Source: Proteromonas lacertae (Eukaryota). From it: a stretch of DNA of 64,000 bases. The translations under genes and the position numbers were made by a program. Under the pieces are notes generated by a model. That model did not search any database. It had not been told where the DNA came from and saw only the letters and a program-made list of their open reading frames with translations. Location: positions 1-64,000 of the forward strand of contig NGBS01000308.1 of assembly GCA_002245135.1 (NCBI GenBank), given 5' to 3'. Of this stretch, positions 41,001-54,700 are shown in pieces. Numbering within the stretch: the first letter of the stretch is position 1; the number at the start of each line of letters is the position of its first letter.

Positions 41001-42823
41001 ATTTATGAATTCCTTTAGAATGGAAAATATATTGATTAGGAAATCTTAATTCAAAATCATCACAACTACTATCTTGTATAGTGTATGGATTGTTGTTTTC
41101 ATCTAGGAATTGATGGATATTATCATCTAAACAGTAACTGGTGAATAATAAATAGAAATTACGGATTATTTCTATACCATGATTATCTTCAATGAATTTC
41201 AAATTCTCTTTGTTTATTAACATCACATTTCTGAGTATAAATAAACTCATAAAAACTAAACTTAAATTCCTCTCGATTGATTGTTTTGTGCAAGTACAAG
41301 TGTGATTGATATTGTAATTACAGAATAATGGTTTTTCTACAAATGTTAAGAGGATAGTAGTGAAATTAGTTTCATTAATGATTTTCTGAATTTCTTCTTT
41401 TTTATCATTATTATTTTGTTGAGTTGTATTTAAATAGATTAAATCACCAGCTGATACTAGACAATTCACTAAGGTATTGAAGATATTATCGAAATGTTCA
41501 GAATCTTTCATTTCATAGCATTTTCCATCATTAATAATAGTTGGTTCTAACTCTTTAGGTATTTCACCAAGTGATGAAGTGGAAGTAGTTATATTGGAGT
41601 TTGATGGATTTAAGGTTGGATTTTCCTCATCTGTTTCATTGTTGGTGTTTATCAGTAGATTCATATACATAGATAACTATAAATATAAATAAATAGATAA
41701 TATGATATCATTTATACAATTTTAATAGCATTTATCAAATCATTCAAACAATCAAATGAAAGTGTTGAACAAGCCAGTTTCAGCTGATTCTTTTGATAAT
41801 TCTAATGTTGACATTATATATTGTTGAATATTAGTATGATTATTAATCCAATCAAAGTTAATTCCATTGAAAATTTCTTATTATTAAAACAGACATATTG
41901 AATTCTAATAAATAATCCGTAACACTTTCTCTCCAAGCATTATTATTGATTTGTGGTTCATTTAATAATTCTTCTAAACGTGCAACTTGATAGTGAAATA
42001 ATACCAAGTAATTGGGTATAAATTCAGTCATATTCAATAAAATACGATTGTGTTGAGATCTGCTAATTATTTGAATAATTGTGAGATATTTTAACATTAT
42101 TGATGTTGTTATTGTCTGTGGTGACATTACTCTAGATCCAGGACGAGAATTTGATTCTTCATTATTAGAATTTACTGAATTTAGCTCTAGAGACAGTTTC
42201 AACTGCAGGAATTGTGGCTGTTATATCAGATGTACCTGATGTGGAGAATATACTCTCTGACATTATCTTATATAATGCTTTAATAAACCTCATTGGATGA
42301 CCAGGTGCATCTTTGGTTGTTTCGGGAATTTTGTGGGATAAATGAACAGATAATTGTTCAATAGCTGAGTTTGATCCTTCAGTAGTGTCAGCTGTTGGTG
42401 TTACATCTAATTATTATAATTAACAACATACATTCGTTTTTATCGTTTAATAATGGACCTGCTGAAATGTGTGGCTCCCAGTCATTATAAATTTCAATAA
42501 ATCTATCCAAGAACTTCTGTAATTCAGTTGAAGAATTCTAATATACGAAAATAGATTAAAAATATAATACCGATATATCATATTCAGTCCAAATATTCAT
42601 TAATTCAGTTCCTAAATCATCATGACTATTAAAATATTAGTATTGAGTAAAATACCTAAAATTATATTCCAAAGAAGGGTATAATTTGGGGACATATTGT
42701 TTCACAGTCTCAACTGGTATATCAGACTCAGTAGCATATGGAACAGATCCAAGATGATTATCAGTCTATGAAATAATGTATAAATGGCAAAATTACTATT
42801 TGGTTACTTGTGTTATTACCCAT
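32016..42823 (-). CDS. Giant BEACH-domain protein (ConA-like, PH, BEACH, WD40; neurobeachin/Lvs-like)
   Basis: [53 protein letters not shown] and C-terminal WD40 repeats. 5' exons extend to MGNNTS at 42823, with indels in 40100-42250. Confidence 0.93.
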
Positions 42824-43207
42824 TAGGCAAGTGTATTGATTCTTAAGGTTAAAAGAATTGTAGATCCTTCAAAATCTAACAAAAACAAAACTCAAAAAAA
42901 CAATGAAGGTTTGGCTTGACAAAATTTTCTTTTGTGTTTTTCTCTTCAAGTAGCTAAAATTATGGCATTCTGAAATTAAGATGATTTAAAGATGATATAA
43001 ATATTTCGAGATTATGATAAAAAGAAAGAATGAGTCATTTTACTAATAATTCATAATTCTTCTTGTAGCTATTATAATATCATTCTTGAGATGTTTTGAG
43101 ATAAAATAAAGAGAATATTAATTACTCTTTGCTTACGTGTCATTCATGTAATTTACACAGTCATTCTAACCATTACACGTCAGCATCGTTTTATTTTTTA
43201 AATTGTC

Positions 43208-43925
43208 ATGAAATCCATCAATATTGCTCTAATTGCTACCATTGTGTTGGTATCATCAGTATTTGCTGCAGAAGATACCTATGCTACAGTTTGTCACGGT
43301 AAAAACATGAGAGATGGCAAATTCGGTGACTTTGTGTTAGGAGAAGTATTTTTATGATATTATTTTTCCTATTAAATAGGTTGCTGATTTTTACAAAAAA
43401 TGTAATGGTGACTTAAAGACAAATCTTGATAATATTCCTGAAGAACATCAAGGTGAAATAAATAATGCTACTGAAGATGTAAAATTTCCTGTAATATTTA
43501 TTAATGGAAGTTATGGAGATGTTATAGTTAATAATAAAGAAGAAGTTGTTGAGTGGTGTGAATTATTATATCCAATAAATATGACAGATATAGCACCTGA
43601 GAATATATCAACGGTGTGGGATAATCTTAACTGTAGTAAATTGGTTGAATTGTCTGAGAAATACCGAAAAGAGCCTAATAAGGATGAATGTTGGAAATCA
43701 ATCAAGAAAATGTTCAACAACAGATGTTACTGGAGATGGAATGAATATTTATCTGGTTCACAAAGAGATGAATTTGAAAGAATTAAAGATGATGTTCATG
43801 AAATTGATTGGTTGTATTTATTCATGGTAATTATTGGATCAGTCGTTGGTTCTTTCTTAATAACATTGATATTAGGTTTAATCATGAATCTAGTAAAGAA
43901 ACAAATGCATAAGAAAGCTGAATAG
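43208..43925 (+). CDS. Unknown type-I membrane protein
   Basis: Signal peptide MKSINIALIATIVLVSSVFA, one intron, Cys/Trp ectodomain, C-terminal TM and a basic tail. Confidence 0.75.
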
Positions 43926-44030
43926 AATATATAAATTTTTATTTATATGAATAAATAGATTTTATTATTGTGTATTTTTTTGATTATTTGAGTTGATAAC
44001 AAACAATATAAAACAGAATATGTAAATTAT

Positions 44031-46977
44031 TTATATTTGATTATTAATTCTTAAGTCTTTTATCTCCCCATTAAATACATCTTTCAATATCTCTACTCTA
44101 ATATGTTCAAAGGTTGGTCTTTCATTTGGATTAGTCTTCCAACAATTTTCAATCAATTCCTTCAATTTCACAGGACAATTTGGACTTATCTGTGGTCTTT
44201 CACCATTCAATACTTTCAAACCAATCTGAAAAGGATTCATATTACTAAATGGAACTGATTGATTAAACATTTCACACAGTATCACACCATATGCATACAC
44301 ATCAATCGCAAATCCATTACTACTTCCATTGTTATTATTATTTGGTTTATTGATAATTGCAGGTGAAGAAGCAGGTGTTAATAATCGTGGATTTGTTATT
44401 GGACTAACATTACTTCCACCATTATGATTACTTGATTGTAAAGGTAATAGATTACTTATTATTATTATTATTATTTCCACTATTATTCAACAACATTGAA
44501 CCAGCTGAAGTGTTTAATAATAACTCAGGAGCCATATATTGAGGAGTACCAACAATACCATTTGTTATTACACTATCAGTAATCGTATGACTAATGCCAA
44601 AATCACATATCTTTACTTCATGACTGATATTGTCTTTTAACAATATATTGGAAGGTTTTAAATCACCATGGATTATACTGTAATTGTGTAAAAATAAACA
44701 TCCTTCACAGATTTGTAAGGCGATTTGATTGTATAATTGAGTATCGAATAGTGTAGTATCTTGATATAATAACATTGATAAAGATCTATATATTAAATTA
44801 AATTATATATATATATATATATTATACGATTCACATTCTTCAGTAACAAATAACAACATTTTATTCATTTGACAAATTCCTAAAAACTTAATAATATTAG
44901 GATGAGAAACTCTAGTCAATATTGAAATTTCAGATTTCATTATTGCTTTTAAATGTTTTTCATTTCTTTCACTATACAAACACTTTATTGCTACTGGTGC
45001 ACTTCTATATAATCCTCTTAATACTCTTCCTGTTGAACCTACAGCTATACATACACCAAGCTTTAGCTCGTTCTTATTAATTAACCAATGATCTTTCTCT
45101 TCTGTGCTTATTAAATCTTCTAATAAATCAGTATAAACACTTTCACTACGTAATTTGTGCTTTTTATATTTCAGTACAAAAATGACTGTTAGAATAGTTA
45201 AAATGATTAAAACACCAATTGCAATAAGTATTATAATATATGCTATATATATATATAAATAAATAATATAAATAATATAAGTTAAAATACATTGAAAATC
45301 ACAGTGTGGACCTAACCATTTCCAATTGCATTTACATTTTCCACTTCCATTAATATTTCCACTTCCTTCACAAACTCCATTGCCATTACAAATATTTGGG
45401 TAATTTGGACATGGTATACAATTACTGCCATAATAACCATCTTTACAATTATTACAAATATCATTCGTCCATCCTTCAGAACAAAGACATTTTCCACTAC
45501 CAGTAGTTGTACCAGCACCTTCACAAATACCATGACCACTACACACATTCACAAAACTATTACTATAATATATATTATTATCTCTTAATGATTTATTATA
45601 TTGAGGGTGTGGGTGTATTTTTCCAGGACATTCAGAGCAATTCATTCCATAATGTGAACTATCACAAGTTGTACAACTATCTCCACCTAATCCAATACTC
45701 CAACCTACATCACATATACATTTACCATTTGTTTCAGTATTACACCTACCATGTCCATCACATGGAACAATTGTATTATTATTATGAAAAACACCTGGAC
45801 ATTGTTTACAGGTATTAGTTTTATTATTGTAATAATATCCATCAACACAGGTAGAACAATAAGTAGTTGAATTATATCCCTTTTTACACTCACATTCTCC
45901 AGTTATATTATTGCATTTTCCATGATTAGAACAAATATTTCCAAAACTATCAACACCTGGACAAACTTTACAATCATTACCATAATAACCATCATTACAA
46001 GTCAAACAATCATATGTTCGATTAAATCTATAATAACAATCACATTCTCCACTTCCAAACACTCCATCATGACAAGTACCATGTCCATAACAGGATTTAG
46101 TGTAATTCTGTTCATCTGTTATAATCCCTGGACATTGATTTCTACAATCATTTCCATAATAATATCTTTCACAATCATGACAATCATAACCAACAAAATG
46201 TTCATAACATGAACATTCACCATCTCCTTTATGTGATCCACTTCCATTACATATTCCATGCCCTGAACATTCTTTATTATCATTGGTTAAAGGATGTAAA
46301 CCTGGACATTGATAGCAGTTAAACCCATAATATCCAATATTACACTCTGAACAATCTTCATATCTATAATTATCTATACAATGACATTCGACATCTACTG
46401 GGAAATCTATTCCTGCTATATAATCCTTGGAACATTCACCATTTTCATTACATTCTTGTTTTACATCAGAACCTGGACAACCTAATTTTAAGTATATATT
46501 TATGTATTTTAATACCTTTACAAAAAGTAGAATTATCATCTCGATTTATTACACAATATTGATTCTTTGGACAATCTGCATCTCCTGTACAATTTTCAAT
46601 TTGGATTGTCAGCAAGTATTAAAGTATCAGACGTAAATGTATTTGGGTCTATTGTCTCAATTATTGATGATCCCTCTGAATAAATATTAAATGAAACAAA
46701 TGGAACAATCAAAGACACATTAGAATTAAAACACACTGACACTGAGTCATCAAACACTATATAGTTGATTTCGTCTAAAGAATGTTTACGACATGAATGA
46801 CTAAAGATTAAAATGTATTCATATACTATTTTTCAATATTTACAGCTGATATGTAAGATCTACCTTTATGAGTTGATTTTATTTTGATTCTTGCTATATC
46901 ATAATAATAACACACATACCTTCTAAAGAACAATGGACATATAAACAAATTGTTATAAATAAATAAATAATCCTCAT
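44031..46977 (-). CDS. Receptor-like TKL kinase with laminin-type EGF ectodomain
   Basis: Signal peptide, repeated CSGHGxCxG..CxC units, TM, VAIK, HGDLKPSN, DFG, GTPQYMAPE and DVYAYG. One indel at ~44455 within an AAT run. Confidence 0.9.
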
Positions 46978-47055
46978 CGATGTTTCAATAAATGATAAAA
47001 TATCTAATAAAAAATAGAGTCGTTTCAATATCTTCTTTCTTTTTTTCTGATTTAT

Positions 47056-48037
47056 ATGGCATTAGTACAACCTTATGATTTGTTAGTAAATTTACAGTGC
47101 GAAAGTGAAAGAAATAAAAGCTTTGAAATGATATATTTATTGAGAAACTGTGTAAAATCGTATAATAATCATTCATATATATTAATTTATTATTAGAAAT
47201 AATGACAAGTCCAATTTTCAAATAATTTTAGAAAAGAAAGATTTAGTTCAGTTTAATACCAAAGATATTTACAGTAAATTCCTTGAGAAACTAGGATTTG
47301 TTGAAAATATAGATGGAACAAAACTAATACTTAGTTTAACATCACCAGATTATATTGCCTTATCACAGAATCTACTACACACAGAAGATGAGTTAAAAAA
47401 GCTTACATTAAAGCAAGATGAAGAGCCAGCTCCTCCTTTACCATCAGTACCATCAGTTGATATAACTGCACCATCACTACCTGAAGCAGTATTAACACAA
47501 CAACCACAAAATGTAGAACAATCACTTAAACTGATATTAAAACTAAGAAATAATAGTGATATTACACTCTCAGAGTATAATATGTTGAAAGATATAATTA
47601 CTCACTATTCAGAGTTGTTTATGTTTAATAATCTTCAATTACATCAATTACAGTCTTTATTAAATCCAAATAAATCATCATCATCTCCTGCTGTAAAATT
47701 ACTGCCACAACAAAAGGTAGTAGTAGAAAAAGAAGTTGAATCACCCTCAAAATTCTTATATAAAGCTGGTGATAGCAAGCCAATAAAAGAAGAAACAGAA
47801 AGTCCATCAGTCGCTAAATCTTTCCATTCTGTACAACAACTAAACCCACAAGCAAGTATATGTTGATTATTATAATTATGAATAGAAATGTCTAAAGAAG
47901 AGATGGACCGAGCTAGAAGAGAAAGAATAGAGAAGTTAGATAAAGAAGCAAAAGAAAGAGCACAGAAAGCAGCACAAGATAAGAAAATATCGAATTTAAT
48001 TGATAAATATACAGAAGCTTATCAAATTAAAAAATAG
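47056..48037 (+). CDS. Hypothetical protein (weak PUB-like N-terminus)
   Basis: Spliced ORF MALVQPYDLL..FLEKLGFVE..; two short introns; TAG at 48035. Confidence 0.6.
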
Positions 48038-48288
48038 ATTTCGACATTATTTTTTGTTGTATTAAATAAGAATTATAGTTTTTATGTTTATTTTCCTTTT
48101 TTGTGTTGTCATTCAGAGAAAATGTCTATCAAGCCTAGTCAAATTTTTTATTCAGTTTTTTTATAAATAATAGATGAACCAGAGAGTGAATGGAATAGTT
48201 GAATCTTACAATATGCAGCAAGTATATATGTATATTTTATAGCGGTTAGAAAAGAGGAATAATATGTATATCAGGTAATAATAGAATA

Positions 48289-48702
48289 ATGTTCAATGAT
48301 AAAGATATACAAAAAGGAATTTCAGATTTTTGTAGAGATATTATAAAGAGTTGTGGGGGTTCTGTTGACTTTACTTTAGTAGAAAACGAAAGGGGATGTA
48401 GAGCAAAGAATATTACTCTTCATTTAGAAGATTATATACCAGATTCACCTGACATCTTTCCAGTATCTAAAATTGGATCGCATAATGTTGAAAAAGAATG
48501 TATAATTTGTCTATCAAAGTACAAATGGGATGAAGATGTTTTAACTTTGCCATGTATGCATATGTATCATAAAGATTGTATCTATGCTTGGTTTGAATCA
48601 AATGAAACATGCCCAGAGTGTAAAATAAGATGGTTTAAAAGAAAAGTTGATGAGGATGATGTTGAGAATATAACAAATGGATTACATGAATGTAGCATAT
48701 AA
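48289..48702 (+). CDS. RING-H2 finger protein (5' end uncertain, possibly ~48122)
   Basis: CIICLSKY..LPCMHMYHKDCIYAW..CPEC. Confidence 0.8.
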   Translation: MFNDKDIQKGISDFCRDIIKSCGGSVDFTLVENERGCRAKNITLHLEDYIPDSPDIFPVSKIGSHNVEKECIICLSKYKWDEDVLTLPCMHMYHKDCIYAWFESNETCPECKIRWFKRKVDEDDVENITNGLHECSI

Positions 48703-48876
48703 ATTTAAAGATATTTATATTATTTAAATTGTTTTTACTTTTATTATTTTAACTACAAACTAATCAAAGAATATATATATATAAACATAAAAACATATTA
48801 ATAAACGTATTATTATTATTATTATTAATTAATAAACGTTGGCATTTAATTAAGATAGGTGTATATAAATATGTAA

Positions 48877-50328
48877 TTAAAATGTAGTTTTATCATATCC
48901 TAATTTAGTTGAACTTGGATTTGGTTTAGCTATAACAGAAATAGATATTCTATCCACAGTCTTTGAACTTGGATTGCTAATTGAAGGTTGTAATATTGAA
49001 TGTGATACAATTGGTTGAGGATTCATTACATTTGTTTTACTAACTGATGATATATTTTCTCCAGTTAAACTACTGTAATTATTACTTACATTAACAAGTA
49101 AATGACTTGCAGCATTCTTTGGATTATTCAATGTACTTTGACACTTCTTCAAACTTCTATTTGATAATTTCCCACTTTCTTTTCTTCCACTCATAATATG
49201 CTTAAATGAAAGGGATCTACAACTACTATCGCCATTTCTTTGTCCATAACCATTTTTATGTTTTAAATCATAGATTATATTATCAAAACTGTATTTATCT
49301 GGTGATATAAGATAATAATCATAGGTAAAAGGTGGTGGATTGTTAGTGAAAATAATTCTAACAAACTTTGACATACATGATTCTTTTGGACAAATAAGCT
49401 TTCTTTTCTTATCTTTTTCATTTACTTTTTCTTTTCTTTTTTCTTTTCCTTTTTCTTTCATTATTCTATCTTCCATTCCATATATATCTAAATCATCATT
49501 TTCCTCATCTTTTTCTTCATAACTCTTACTACCTCCATCTTTATCACTATCATCTAATACTTCATAACTTGGATTATTAATACTATAATTATATGTCACT
49601 TTCATTGCAATATTTTCATAGATTCTTTCAGAAAAAACTTCAGCTATTAATGTCTCTTTTAAACCATCAACCATTATCCTATAATCATTTAAACTCTTTA
49701 TAACATTCATAAATTCATTCAATTTATAAACTGAATGATTGTCATGGATTGGTGTTATTAAGAGAAAGACTAAATGTATAATATCACCACTAAAGTTAAA
49801 CTTATTTAAGAAATAATTGATTTGAGAGTAAGTAACCAGCTTATTACTATGAATTTTGGCTTGTGATATAAGTAATTGTAAAATACGATTTTTACCGAAA
49901 AATACATATATGCACACGAAAACGAAATATAAATTATGATCAACGATTCCTATGATATATGATAAGAAAGTGTATTCATACTTTCTTCGAAGAACATTCT
50001 AATTAATCCTTCGAAAGTAGGTTTAAAGTATTGAACGAAGATGAAACACGGTATTCCAGGCTTTTCTGGATCTCGTATCCATAGCCGAAGGAAAGATTGT
50101 AGGATCAAATCCACTTCATAGTTGTTTACTAAAATTAATAGTCTATAATGATAATATACAAAAAAGTGTTTTTGCTACTAGCTCTGATAAATCATCGAGA
50201 TGAAGATAATCGGTTAGGTACTGTCCACTCCTCCGATTATCAACAGATTTGTAAGCTTCACACTAAAATAAAAAATATAGATATACAAGCAATTTAGTGT
50301 TGATGCTTAAATTTTCTTTAAGCGACAT
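48877..50328 (-). CDS. Hypothetical protein
   Basis: The 346-aa ORF extends through two short introns to MSLKENLS at 50328. Confidence 0.65.
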
Positions 50329-50800
50329 CCTAAGATTTGCTCAATAGGTCAGAAAAAAATAACCACAAAAATAATTCAAAATCTTCAGTTATTTTTTCAA
50401 AATTCTGCTTATTCCAAAAAACTGGAATTCGAAAAAACTCATGTCAGTTGAGTATTGTGCTTGCTCTATCATGATTGTATCTGCGATTATAAGCACTTAT
50501 TTCACAAATGTAGAACATTTATTTGAACAAACAATTTTTCTTATATTTCTCATTATGCCTTATATTATTCAACCTCAATACATTTCTTTAGTATATCTAC
50601 ATTTAAACAAATCTCCAAAAATGTGCCTTTGTTTTATTAATATTGCCCATACATATATATGTAGTATTCATTCATCTAACTCTTTTTTTTGAATGGAGAA
50701 TCAAACATAAAAACCTCTAAATAAAGAAATTAAAAAATTTTGGGGTACGTAAATTCAAATAATTTTCATAAACCACAAACATTTAAAATCAAAATAAAAC

Positions 50801-51597
50801 ATGGAGTTAGAAGAGATATATTTCTGTACTGATTGTACAACCTATTACAGTGAAGGTGAATCATATCAGATACATAACCATGTCCATCCACAACATCATA
50901 TAGTTTTGTTGATAGATTATATAAAATCATCTGCACAATTCACAAATTTTGAGTATGTCAGTCCATTTTTTGAACCAGATGCTGACGATGGTATTTGTGA
51001 AAAATCTTTGAAGATGATGATTGAAGAAGAGAATAGAGCACCTAAAAAGGTGATAGATTTTGTTGCATATCTAAATATGAAAAACTATAACCCACCAGTA
51101 CTCGATTATATAACTCAACATTTTCAAACAGAAGTAAGTCCTCTTCCTGAAAAGCCAGAACCACCAAAAAGTAAATTTGGAAAACGTTTACAAGAGCAAT
51201 TCAATAGAATCAAAAGGTCTAATCAAAACGAAAATGAAGGTCTTATTGAAGTAACTAAATTTGCAAGGTTTTTGAGTGAAATTCGTGAGGAAATGACTGA
51301 AAGAAAACAGAATCTAGATGAAAGACATAAACTATGTTGTCAGAAACTTGAGAGTAGTGGTAGTGAAAATATTGACAAGTATTTTTATCATTTATACATT
51401 TTTTTAGATTTATGAAAACATTGTTTGAAGTGGAAGGGAAGTTAAAAGAACTTCAAGATGATGTAGATCTCTTTAATTCAATACAAACTGAATTTAAGAA
51501 GTCTCCTGCTTATGCTCATGCGATAAAGTATATGAATTCACATTATAAAGAAGGAAATGAAGAATGTAATAAAGACAGAGAAAATAAAGAGAGTTGA
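50801..51597 (+). CDS. Hypothetical protein with B-box-like Cys/His N-terminus and coiled coil
   Basis: FCTDC...H..H..HHI pattern; one intron at ~51379-51408. Confidence 0.65.
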
Positions 51598-51759
51598 TTA
51601 AAAATAGTTTATTTAATAAGGTTGTTTATTTTAATTTATATAATAATATTCACTGTTATGTTGTTTGCACATCCCATTTAAGATGAATAACATATCAATT
51701 CACTTCATTTTATGAAAAAGTGATTTTGGCGCGCAAATTCAGTTTTGAAGAATAAAAGC

Positions 51760-54700
51760 ATGTATATTAAGCAGTTGACTATTTCAAACTTTAAGAGTTA
51801 TGGAGGAACAGTTGTCATTCCAGAATTAACAAGAGGCGTGAATATAATAGGTATATTCGTAAATCTATTTTATAGTTGGAACAAATGGGTCTGGCAAATC
51901 AAATATTATAGCAGGTATAACTTAGATATATTTAATTTTATAGCTATTTCTTTTCTATTAACAAGAAATTTTGATAGAATGAGTATTAGAGAAAGACAAG
52001 AGCTTATAAACGTATATATCAGAATGTAATATATCATATTAATAGAATGGAAGTGATTTTGCATCAGTAGAGATGGAAATAGACTTAGAGAATGAAGAAA
52101 ATCTCATTCTAAAGAGATTAATTACAGCTACAAAAGAGGAATACTTCATCAATGGAGAATCTAAAAGTCAACTAGAATACCGAAGCAAATTAGAAGAAAA
52201 GAATCTTTCTCAAACCAACAGTTATTTCATTGTTCCACAAAGCAAAATCATTGAAGTGTCTAATCAAAGGAATTACGAAAGATTTGAACTATTAAAAGAC
52301 ATATGTGGTGCTAATCGATATGAAGCTAAGAAAAATCAAGGTTTAAAAGAGATTGAAAAGTCCAACAAATCATTAGATGAGATAAAAACCACTTTGGATA
52401 GTTTACACAATCAAAAAGATAAGTTAAAAGCGGAAAAAGCAATATTTGACGGTTATGCAAGAAAGAATAATGAATTGAGAAGTCTACAGTACAATTTGTA
52501 TAAGAAAGAGTTAGATAAATCCAACAAAGATGCTGTTAAGATTGGTATAGAAATTACAGAACAATCCAAAGCCCTACAAGTAGAAGAAGACAAATTAAAA
52601 GAGATGGAAATGGAGAAAGATAAAATCAGTGAAGAAAATAATCAATATTTAGATGATATTAGGACATACAATGAAAAGATTAAAGAACATGAAAATTTAT
52701 TAAATAAAGAGAAATATAATATAAATAAATTAACATTGGAATTGGGGAAATTAGAACCTGATTTAGATAATGAGAAACTAAATAAAATTGTATTAAGTAA
52801 ACAATTGGATGATATAAATATTAAGAAAGATGAATTAATGAAACAAATACAATTCAAACAAACTGAATATAATCGTATAAAAAGTGATTATGATAAATTT
52901 GAGAAAGAAAGAAAAGAGAATGATAAAAGATACCAGGAATTGTTAGAGAAGAAACGAAGATGTAGTGTATACAGAAATGTGAATGAAAGAAATAGAGAGT
53001 TGGATAGAAATATAGAAGAATTGAATGACATTATAAAGAAGTATAGAAATGAAATTGATGGAAAAAAGAAGGATTTAGAAGATGTTGATAAGAAAAAGAA
53101 AGTAATTGAAAATGAGTTGAATAGAATAAATCAAATGGATTTTAATAAAGAAAAGAATGAGAATGAGAAAAAGAGAAAAGCTTTAGAGGATATAAAAGCA
53201 AGATTGAATGAAGATGAAAGTAGAATAAACGCTAAAATTAGTGATTTGAATGAAATTATTAATAGAGAAACTGTATACTTTAATACGACAAATAATAATT
53301 TCCTTTCACAAAGTAAAAATGCTATTGATGCTATTAAATATTTAAATAAATATTGTAAAGACAATAAAATAAAAGGATATTATGGAGCTTTAATCGATTT
53401 ATTTACTTTGAAGAATGAATATACAGCAACTGCTGTAGAAAAAACTGCAGGAAAGAAACTGTTTAATTGTGTTGTTGATACTATGGAAACTGCGTTCAAT
53501 TTATCGACTGTTTTAAAAGACAATCGTAAAGGAAGAATCACTTTTATTCCCTTAGAAGATGTTAATAAAAAAGATTCAATAAAAGTAGTAAGAGGAGATA
53601 AATGTGCATTATTAAAAGACTTGTTGAATTATGATAATAAATATGAAAATGCATTTCAATATGTTTTTTCTAATACAATTTTCTGTGGAGATTATAATGA
53701 TGGACTTGTTTATTCAAAGAAATATAATACAAACGTGGTGATTATTAATGGAAATGAGATTAAAATAAAGTATATATTTCTATATTTCTATATTATTTTT
53801 ATAGAGGTGAAATCACTGGTGGTTATATCAATCCTAACAAGTTAATATTAAAGAATTACATCGAAATGAAAAAACATAAGAACAATTTAGAAGAAGCTGA
53901 AAAAAAGAGATTAGACTACATTCAAGAATCAGAAAAAATAAAAGAAGAAAAGTTGAAATGTGGTAATAAAATAAATGATTTAATAACATCTCAAAGTAAC
54001 ACTGTAAATGAGGAATATAGAATAATGAACAAAAAGAATGATTATTTAAGAAGTATAGAAAATAATGAAAATCAAAGAAATGGAATTATAGAAGAAATAC
54101 AATCTAAAGAAAGCTCAATAAATCAACATCAACTTAAGATTCAAGAATATGAAAATGAAAAAAGACAACCTTTCCAGAATGATTTAGATGCTGATGAAAA
54201 TAATGAATTAAATAGATGTCAAGAATTTACTAATAATACATTTGCAAACTATTGTAAAGTAAAAGAAAGTGAATCAACAATGAAAGCAGAATTAGATGCA
54301 ATAATTACATCATTAAAGGTAATGGAAGATGAAGAAAAAGAAATAATTGTTAAATTAAATACTTTTACAAATAATGATCAAAATAGTGTTGTTGGAAAAA
54401 GTCTAGAATATGATAGTATCAAAAAATCAATATCACTTCATGAAGAAAGAATCAATAGAATAAATGAAAATTTAAACAATATAAAAGTGAGATTAGATGA
54501 AATTATAGAATTACAATCTGAAACTCAATTAAAGGAAGATGAAATCAGTAAAGAATATGATGAATTACATGAAATATATACACAAGAAAAGATCAATTTA
54601 AATAGATTAATCTCTAAATCCGAACAGATAAAAAACTCAAATTACAATCATATGAAAGCGATAAGAGACTTAGGCAGTTTACCTAAAGAACAATTGGAAG

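Noticed and set aside
50441..50692. 83-aa hydrophobic ORF
   Set aside because: AT-rich sequence between divergent genes with no recognisable motif; unsupported.
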